DNA of 64,000 nucleotides from a virus: IMG/VR virus record IMGVR_UViG_3300038620_000126, positions 32,001 to 96,000 of that record; one strand, 5' to 3'. Shown piece by piece: positions 57,176 to 64,000 of this stretch (position 1 is its first letter; each line of letters starts with the position of its first letter). The notes under the pieces were generated by a model. It saw only the letters and a program-made list of their open reading frames with translations, ran no database searches and was not told where the DNA came from. The position numbers and the translations under genes were made by a program.

Positions 57176-58696
57176 CTAACTTTTATCGTTAAGCATTTTT
57201 TCCAATTTTTGAATTTCATTTTCTATCTCACCAGCACCACGCTTATAACTATAACGCTTATCAAAGAGTTTACCAACAAAGTTTGAAAGGGTTGAATTAT
57301 TTTCCTTGCTGAAAACAGCGCCGCCTGTGTACTGACTATTATTATTTAAAACTTTTTCTGAATTATCATTTTCTAAAAATGCAGTTAATAAATGTTTTTC
57401 AGGATTAAATTCTTCCCAATTACCAGTTTGTTCATTATAAAATTCAGTTGAATCTGGAGTTTCTAATTTTCCCAAGTAGGTGTCAACGCCTATATTGTAC
57501 TGCAACATTATGGATGGATACATAGATGTAAAATCCATTGAAAATATATTGTGTCGGATACCTAACTTAGGTTCCTTAACGTATGCACCACCATAACCCG
57601 CACTTACATCTTCTTTCTTCTTATTGGGGTCTTTTAAGAGTATTCGTTTTTGTTGATAATACTCTGAAAACAATAGTCTTTCAGCTATATAATTAGAGCT
57701 AAATGTTTGAAGTTGTGGTACTTTACTGGCATTTGTAAGAGATAAGAATGTTGAAAATGTGTTTAATTTTTCATCAATCATTTCAACAAAACAAGCATCA
57801 ATGGCATTATAAAATATATACCATTTATAATCTTTTTCATACAATTCTGGAAGCGTACCAGAATATTTAACCTTGTTTATACCGAGAGCTGCGTTTGCTA
57901 CCCAATCAAGCGAACCAGATTCTTTAACTTTAATCTTTTTATCCCACTTTTGATAAACCTCCATATAGTCAAAAACTAAACGGTGGTTAGGTTGCTTACG
58001 CCAACCATGCCATGTGTTCGTTGGGCTTGCCTCTGATGCCAAATCTATATCAAACTTTTTACAACGATTTACTAAATACTGCCAATCAAACTCTACAAAA
58101 TTCCAACCAGTAAGACAGGGCATCTTTTTCACAAATTTATGTGTGAACGCATAAAGCATGTTTTTCTCGTTTTCAAAATAAAGATACTTTAACTTCCATT
58201 CTTTATTTATACCAGCACTATTGTTGTTAATATGTTCATTTATGTTTTTCTGTATATCACTTATTTCATCTTCGTTCAATGGTTTTAAACCTAAAACAAA
58301 AATATGACCTTTTTGATTACATAATGCTATTGTTGTAACTGGCTGTTCCGCTTTTTCAGCATGTGGAAACCCTTCATCGCTAACACCAACCTCAATATCC
58401 ACAAAATACATTTTAGGATAATTCATCGCATATATAGCTTCTTTATCCTGATCTGATAAATTTTCAAGAAATTCAAACAAACGAAATTTGGAAAATGTTT
58501 GTTTAACCTCACGTTTTTTAACAGGTCTTCCATCCCATGATAAGTATCCTTTAATCCTATTTTTATCATTTTGAGATGCATAAGCCCAATCATACTGTTC
58601 ATTTGGGCTTAAAGTATATGAAAGTAAACGATTGTTACCATCACTATCAAAATAAGATATATGCACTTTGTTACCATTATGTTCTATATCTAACAT
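57176..58696 (-). CDS. Family B DNA polymerase, N-terminal subunit (3'-5' exonuclease + motif A)
   Basis: FVDIEV, TGWN..FDWQYL, YNAIDA, YGGAYV.EP, DFTSMYPSIM; stops before motifs B and C. Confidence 0.88.
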   Translation of the reverse strand: MLDIEHNGNKVHISYFDSDGNNRLLSYTLSPNEQYDWAYASQNDKNRIKGYLSWDGRPVKKREVKQTFSKFRLFEFLENLSDQDKEAIYAMNYPKMYFVDIEVGVSDEGFPHAEKAEQPVTTIALCNQKGHIFVLGLKPLNEDEISDIQKNINEHINNNSAGINKEWKLKYLYFENEKNMLYAFTHKFVKKMPCLTGWNFVEFDWQYLVNRCKKFDIDLASEASPTNTWHGWRKQPNHRLVFDYMEVYQKWDKKIKVKESGSLDWVANAALGINKVKYSGTLPELYEKDYKWYIFYNAIDACFVEMIDEKLNTFSTFLSLTNASKVPQLQTFSSNYIAERLLFSEYYQQKRILLKDPNKKKEDVSAGYGGAYVKEPKLGIRHNIFSMDFTSMYPSIMLQYNIGVDTYLGKLETPDSTEFYNEQTGNWEEFNPEKHLLTAFLENDNSEKVLNNNSQYTGGAVFSKENNSTLSNFVGKLFDKRYSYKRGAGEIENEIQKLEKMLNDKS

Positions 58697-58723
58697 ATAA
58701 ATTTTATTTGTAAATTAAAAAAA

Positions 58724-59158
58724 TTATTTGTCATTGTTAATGAACATAATATCTAAGGTATTGCATACAGGATCATCGGAATCACCATAATCTAAAGAAC
58801 CTCTTATCTTACTAACTGTATTTTCATACTCGTTTCTTGGTATATTGTTTAGCAAATACTTAAACATTAAAATTGGACTGTTAAATCTTACTTCTGTTAA
58901 TTCTGCTGGAACACCACCGTCATCACCAGATTCGAGATAAGGAACTTCACACAAACTAACATACCATGAACTACTCCCATATTGACATTCTGGGTCTTCT
59001 TTAATAACTATATGAAAAGACTTTTGACCAGCATCACTGAAAATAATCCAATACCCCCTTTCAAAAAAACTTTCGGTTTTTAGGGTGATATTGGACAAGT
59101 ATGATTCAATTGATGATGCTAATCGTCTAAAAACTTTTTGATTTACTGTTTCAGCCAT
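58724..59158 (-). CDS. Hypothetical protein
   Basis: 144-aa ORF. Confidence 0.7.
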   Translation of the reverse strand: MAETVNQKVFRRLASSIESYLSNITLKTESFFERGYWIIFSDAGQKSFHIVIKEDPECQYGSSSWYVSLCEVPYLESGDDGGVPAELTEVRFNSPILMFKYLLNNIPRNEYENTVSKIRGSLDYGDSDDPVCNTLDIMFINNDK

Positions 59159-59171
59159 AGTTTGTTATTTT

Positions 59172-60317
59172 TTAGAATCCAATATATGTATCGTTATCTA
59201 TAACGTTGCTTTCTACTTCATTATTAAAAATTTCAGAAAGATAAGCATCTCGGTTTAATTTTCCTTTACCAATACTATCACAAATTTCATTAACATTTTG
59301 TTTTGGTAATTTAGAAAATTTATGTCTAAACATTAGCCTACCGGGCCTCAAAAGAGCTTCATCTATTAAATTAAGATCTTGATTGAATGTAATTACAATT
59401 CTGCACTTAATAGCATCATTTAGAATGCCATCTGTAAGCTGCAGTAAATTATCTACCGCATCTGAATCTGGATTATGACTTCTCGATTTAATAGCATTAT
59501 CGGCTTCTTCAATGAGCAAAACGGAATCCGTATTATTAGACAAAATAGATATTAATTCTGGATCAGCAAGAGACTTACTAAACTTTGATGGAATAAAAAT
59601 TATATTATTAACCTCATGTTGAAGGTCTTGAGCTATTTTTCGAAGCAAATAAGTTTTGCCAGTTCCAGGATTACCGTGAAATATGTATATTCCACTTTGC
59701 GTGGTTTTTAAGTTATTAACAACCCCATTATACTTTTCGGTAAAGTTTTTTCCGTAGTACAAATCCAAATCTGGAATATGTACTTTTTGTATTTTCATGT
59801 TATCTAAATCTAGACCATTATTAGATGTTTTTAGAAACATTATATCTGCACCATTAGAGTCATACGTTTGCACCACGTTCTCTAATATAAAGTTATCTAA
59901 AAGTTCAACTACATCATTAAATACATCCTGAGTTGCCATGATTTTTAACTCCCTAACAACCGAATCTTTTTGATTTTCAACATCGTTGCTTTTAATTTTG
60001 TAAACTGTTCTTTTTTCTGTACCGTAAATAAACGTAAAATAAAAAGAATCAAAGTAATGTTCTTCTACTACATCATGCACAAGTGCATCTTTTTTAAAAA
60101 ATGCATCTATATCAGATCTAGAAAGTTCATAATTGTATTTACTTTTAAGCTCTTCAATAAAGTTTAAAATATCTGAATAAGCAAAATGATTATAAATCCT
60201 ATAATAATAGGGGTTGTAACCGTAACTTTCAAAAAAGCTTAAAACATCATTTTTGAAAGTGTGTTCATTATATTGACCAACAACTTGCTTCTGTTTGGGA
60301 TTGCTTATGTTATTCAT
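59172..60317 (-). CDS. AAA+ ATPase
   Basis: HGNPGTGKT, LLIEEAD, LLQLTDG, IDEALLRPGRL. Confidence 0.88.
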   Translation of the reverse strand: MNNISNPKQKQVVGQYNEHTFKNDVLSFFESYGYNPYYYRIYNHFAYSDILNFIEELKSKYNYELSRSDIDAFFKKDALVHDVVEEHYFDSFYFTFIYGTEKRTVYKIKSNDVENQKDSVVRELKIMATQDVFNDVVELLDNFILENVVQTYDSNGADIMFLKTSNNGLDLDNMKIQKVHIPDLDLYYGKNFTEKYNGVVNNLKTTQSGIYIFHGNPGTGKTYLLRKIAQDLQHEVNNIIFIPSKFSKSLADPELISILSNNTDSVLLIEEADNAIKSRSHNPDSDAVDNLLQLTDGILNDAIKCRIVITFNQDLNLIDEALLRPGRLMFRHKFSKLPKQNVNEICDSIGKGKLNRDAYLSEIFNNEVESNVIDNDTYIGF

Positions 60318-60669
60318 TGTTTTCCTCCTCTTGATTAGTTTCTTTAGTATTGTTTGTGATTACGTTCAAACCTAAGTCTCCATTTTCATCACCAAATCTT
60401 ACAGTAACAAACGTTTCACTTTCTAATGTTGTTCCAACATTCCAATGTTCTGCAAAAGTTTTTCTAATATTTTCCCGAAGGGCATTTCTTCGATCTAAAC
60501 GTTCTTGAATTACTTCACCATTTTGATCTAGCGGGTATTCCATTTTCACTAAAACCCGCGCCTGATAATCTTGCTTTGGTGTATACTTATTTGATTCATT
60601 TTTTAATTTCTCAAATACAACAATATCTGCCACGTGGGGATTTGCATTGCTTTGTTTTTCTTCTGACAT
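60310..60669 (-). CDS. Hypothetical protein
   Basis: 119-aa ORF. Confidence 0.7.
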   Translation of the reverse strand: MSEEKQSNANPHVADIVVFEKLKNESNKYTPKQDYQARVLVKMEYPLDQNGEVIQERLDRRNALRENIRKTFAEHWNVGTTLESETFVTVRFGDENGDLGLNVITNNTKETNQEEENNE

Positions 60670-60689
60670 AATAAATTTTGTTTTTTTGG

Positions 60690-61505
60690 TTAGTTAATTA
60701 AATTGGTTTTTGAAGGAGTGCTTTTAATTTTGAGCTTTCTAAGATAGCTAAGAAAGTCTTTTTTCTTCACTGCTATATCATGGTATGCATCCATACCATA
60801 AAATCCAAGCTTTTTGTTGTTTTCAATTGATTGTATTAAATACTTAATACTTTCTTTATTTATTGGTATTATTTCATATACATTTACACGAAAATACGAA
60901 TCGTTTTTTTCTACGTGGAAAAGAACAAAATATCTTTTATTTTTACTATAAGAAATTTCTAACATGTAGAAAGTGCTAGATTTAGAAGAAAGAGAACTGT
61001 TTGTACCACTATAAAGTAAACAAAAGTCAAGAACTTCGTTATTATTGTAAAATGGATTAAATAGTTTATGTTCAATATTATTGTTATTAAACTCTGCAAA
61101 TTTTTTAGAATTTTCTAAGTTTCTTTTTTCATCTTCAATTATATGGTAATAACTATTTATATACGATTTTGGATTAAAACTATAGTGGATTTTCAAAGAG
61201 CCATTAGTATATAACTTTGATAAAAAGTATTCGAAATCTTGTAAATTTGACAATGATTCATACATGTTGTATGAAATGGGTTTTCTGCCTCTTTCGTTAT
61301 TTGGATCTGCAATGCTTACAACATAATAAGCAACATCTTCAGGTGATTTAAAATCAGAATCAAGTTCTGATAAAACTATATTTGGCTTTAAAGTTTTGTA
61401 AATATCGCCTATTCCAAAAGGTTTAAGATTTTTACAGTAACTGTAGTCTCTATTCAAAACATTTTTCAAGTGTTCTATGTTTTCGTCTATGTTCATAATT
61501 AACAT
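60690..61505 (-). CDS. Hypothetical protein
   Basis: 271-aa ORF. Confidence 0.7.
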   Translation of the reverse strand: MLIMNIDENIEHLKNVLNRDYSYCKNLKPFGIGDIYKTLKPNIVLSELDSDFKSPEDVAYYVVSIADPNNERGRKPISYNMYESLSNLQDFEYFLSKLYTNGSLKIHYSFNPKSYINSYYHIIEDEKRNLENSKKFAEFNNNNIEHKLFNPFYNNNEVLDFCLLYSGTNSSLSSKSSTFYMLEISYSKNKRYFVLFHVEKNDSYFRVNVYEIIPINKESIKYLIQSIENNKKLGFYGMDAYHDIAVKKKDFLSYLRKLKIKSTPSKTNLIN

Positions 61506-61515
61506 TCTTTAACAA

Positions 61516-62355
61516 TTAAAAAATTGATGTAGAATCAAAACTTTTATCTTTGGTTAATTTGTAATCAGAATGGGCTTTTTCATATATATATTGTGCTCTA
61601 GGTGAAAGCCAAATATAAACATTATCAAACATGTTATAACTCACCCAATCATATTCTTTTAACTGAGAGTAGTCTTCATCTTCATAACTAACAAGAGCAA
61701 TTGACCCTTTATTGTTTAACATTGTATCTATTAACCGTTCATAGTGTCCTCCATCACGTTCTTCTTCATGCTTATATTTTCCATTATTTCTGGGTTCTAT
61801 TATAAACTGCGGATTAACCCAAAATAGGGTGTAATCAGAATCATACCCGCCTAAACAATACAGGGGTGAACGCCATTCTATTTGAACTCTCATGTAACGT
61901 TCTTGTAAAGTTTGAATATTAGTATTGGGTTTTATCCAGTTAAGAACAACCCAAAAAGCCCACGCCCACTCTGTATTAGCTTCATCAACATCTTTATTTT
62001 CATCTTCGTAAACATTATGCCAAAGTAAGTTAGATGCTTTAGTGAATGTATCCCAATTAATTTCAGTATTCTTTATTAATTCTTCAAGTTCTTGTTTTTC
62101 TTTGTTTCCCCAATTTTGATAACATCTTGAAAAATTTACAAGTGAGCCATCAAAGTCATTACAAACTTCCACTTTTGATGGTTCGCGATTAAACATTATA
62201 CTTGAAAACAAACCAAAACATTCAGTAAAATTAAAGTCCAACTTATTTTTATATTCATCGCGTTTGGCATAATCAAAAAAATAATCAGAAGGTATAAACT
62301 TTCCAAAATGTTCGTTAATTTTTCTTTGATTATCAAAATATATTTCTGGTTTCAT
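61516..62355 (-). CDS. Dam/D12-class adenine methyltransferase-like protein, motifs degenerate
   Basis: ECFGLFSSIMF, EVCNDFDGSLVNF, D...TLFWVNPQF (instead of DPPY). Confidence 0.65.
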   Translation of the reverse strand: MKPEIYFDNQRKINEHFGKFIPSDYFFDYAKRDEYKNKLDFNFTECFGLFSSIMFNREPSKVEVCNDFDGSLVNFSRCYQNWGNKEKQELEELIKNTEINWDTFTKASNLLWHNVYEDENKDVDEANTEWAWAFWVVLNWIKPNTNIQTLQERYMRVQIEWRSPLYCLGGYDSDYTLFWVNPQFIIEPRNNGKYKHEEERDGGHYERLIDTMLNNKGSIALVSYEDEDYSQLKEYDWVSYNMFDNVYIWLSPRAQYIYEKAHSDYKLTKDKSFDSTSIF

Positions 62356-62555
62356 AAGAATTTGTTTTTTATGTACTTTATTAATGAATTAATGAAAAAG
62401 TATGGCCAAAATAAAATTACAATAATTAAGTATGTAGCTATTACTAAAGTAGGATATGAAGCTTCCAGTTTTTTACGGACATCCTTTGATATAAAAAACA
62501 CTATAATCGATGTATATATTATACCAATTAATAAGTAAATTTTTATGTATATCAT
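62352..62555 (-). CDS. Small membrane protein
   Basis: Two hydrophobic segments, LFWP. Confidence 0.6.
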   Translation of the reverse strand: MIYIKIYLLIGIIYTSIIVFFISKDVRKKLEASYPTLVIATYLIIVILFWPYFFINSLIKYIKNKFL

Positions 62556-62574
62556 AATTGTAGCATCTGTTATA

Positions 62575-63348
62575 CTAAAAAATTTGATTTGTGGCTGAAC
62601 CTTGTTTTGTTGATTTTATTCTTTCCTCGGCAATGTTACAATATTCTTGAGCCATATCTATACCGATCCAATCCCTTCCTAATAGTTTTGCAGCTACTCC
62701 AGTTGTTCCTGAACCAAAAAACGGGTCTAATACGACACCTTCCTTAGTAGAATCAATGCATCTATAGGGCAATTCAACGGGGAAGGGGGCAGGATGATTA
62801 TTGCTTCTTTCTTGTGAAAGTTTCCAAATATCAGTTAACTTATTTGCTCCCCTTTTCAGCTTAAAATCCTTTTTTGCAATCATGTAAATAACTTCATAGA
62901 CTGGTAAGAAATAGCTGTTATTGAAATTAATTCCCCCATTTCTATGCCATATTATTATTTGTCGTAAAGGGAAGCCATCAATTATTTCCCTTCGATCTTG
63001 TAATAGACCATCTTGAACCCTCCATTTGTGGTTATAGAAGATTACCCCATCATCTCTTAAAACCCTCATCATTGAATTTAAGCAGTCACGTTGCCACTGG
63101 ACATACTCATCATAAGGCATGTTATCATCGTAGTTTGAATAACCGTTAGTTAACTTAGGATTAATCCAACGTCCTTTATTTGAGTTTTTCCAAAAATTTC
63201 CACTAGAATTTTTAATATTATAAGGTGGTGATGTTACAATTACACTGATTGATTGTTCAGGTAATTGATTATCCATAAAATTAACACAATCTGAACAATG
63301 TACTTTGTTTATAAGACTAGAATTTACAAATTCTTTACTTTTACCCAT
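62575..63348 (-). CDS. DNA methyltransferase, N4-C/N6-A beta class
   Basis: VTSPPYN, HPAPFP, VLDPFFGSGTT. Confidence 0.92.
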   Translation of the reverse strand: MGKSKEFVNSSLINKVHCSDCVNFMDNQLPEQSISVIVTSPPYNIKNSSGNFWKNSNKGRWINPKLTNGYSNYDDNMPYDEYVQWQRDCLNSMMRVLRDDGVIFYNHKWRVQDGLLQDRREIIDGFPLRQIIIWHRNGGINFNNSYFLPVYEVIYMIAKKDFKLKRGANKLTDIWKLSQERSNNHPAPFPVELPYRCIDSTKEGVVLDPFFGSGTTGVAAKLLGRDWIGIDMAQEYCNIAEERIKSTKQGSATNQIF

Positions 63349-63369
63349 AATAACTTATATACTTAAACA

Positions 63370-63891
63370 CTAACTAAGATTAATGTCAGTAGGTTGAAAT
63401 GTTTCTGTATAATAGCAGTTACAAGTTGGAACAACCTGTGCTTTACGAATTCCAATTAAATCTTCTTCACTCAAGTTTTCAATTTTTTTGTAAGAATTCT
63501 TTTTATTTATTGTTGTGTCTTTTACCTGAAGGTAAAAAGCATAGCCACCATCTTCAAACTTCAATCCTTCGGGCTTTTTATTCGACAGATTACCTTTGCT
63601 TTTTTTATAAATAACCTTTTGCCTTTCTAAATAAACATTGTTGTATAAATAATAGCTGTAAAAATTTTTTATAGAATCAACTGCTTTTTTGGCAATGTCC
63701 ATATCATAAAACTCTATTAGCTCTCCCGATTTACTTTTAAGAGGAAACGAAGAATTTTCAATTGTTGAATCAATAACTGATTCATTAAAATCCAAGTTAG
63801 TATTAGGATAGTTTAGATTATCTAATTCAAGTTGCGTAATATTTTTGTTTATTGTAACCACGATAACATAAGGTGGTGGATGAACGCGCAT
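63370..63891 (-). CDS. Hypothetical protein
   Basis: 173-aa ORF. Confidence 0.6.
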   Translation of the reverse strand: MRVHPPPYVIVVTINKNITQLELDNLNYPNTNLDFNESVIDSTIENSSFPLKSKSGELIEFYDMDIAKKAVDSIKNFYSYYLYNNVYLERQKVIYKKSKGNLSNKKPEGLKFEDGGYAFYLQVKDTTINKKNSYKKIENLSEEDLIGIRKAQVVPTCNCYYTETFQPTDINLS

Positions 63892-64000
63892 AAGACTAAA
63901 TATTGAGTTTGTAATTGTTTTCTACAAGTCTTTTTTTAATAATATAAAACTTTTGTTTTTTTAGTTTGTTAACAATGTTACACAAAATTTTTTCTATTTT

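Noticed and set aside
57176-57300. Intein or intron at the polymerase break
   Set aside because: No Cys/Ser-starting intein block, and the next ORF begins within 10 bp, leaving no room for intron structure
1-64000. Stop-codon reassignment (alternative genetic code)
   Set aside because: Core genes are full length in the standard code; the only in-frame stop found is a single TAA; the tRNAs are Pro and Arg, not suppressors

Overview
AT-rich, gene-dense fragment of a large T4-like (myovirus, probably jumbo) phage. The host is most likely Bacteroidota, judged from TAnnTTTG promoter boxes and A-rich leaders without Shine-Dalgarno sequences. Core genes are portal, fused prohead protease-scaffold, major capsid, gp14/gp15/gp6-like neck, tail and baseplate proteins, a gp46/SbcC ATPase, the N-terminal half of a split family B DNA polymerase, dCTP deaminase, methyltransferases and two tRNAs (Pro-UGG, Arg-UCU). 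The most striking signal is a dispersed set of about 14 otherwise unrelated genes sharing a short peptide ([LI]-[KP]-[STN]-F-x-[EQN]-[FY]-[ILV]-x-E). It resembles the T4 internal-protein capsid-targeting sequence and usually sits directly behind a TAAATA late promoter. The tagged cargos include three kinds of ADP-ribosyltransferase-like domain (two proteins fused to variable 22-aa LRR arrays) and a HExxH metallopeptidase; a SAM-lyase-like protein with only the IxE site lies inside the same array. A 94-bp terminator + late promoter + tag header is duplicated almost perfectly in front of unrelated cargos, and one ART-LRR gene survives only as its two ends. Together this suggests a modular, actively reshuffled arsenal of virion-packaged, co-injected effectors. 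All functional calls come from reading motifs by eye; no searches were run.
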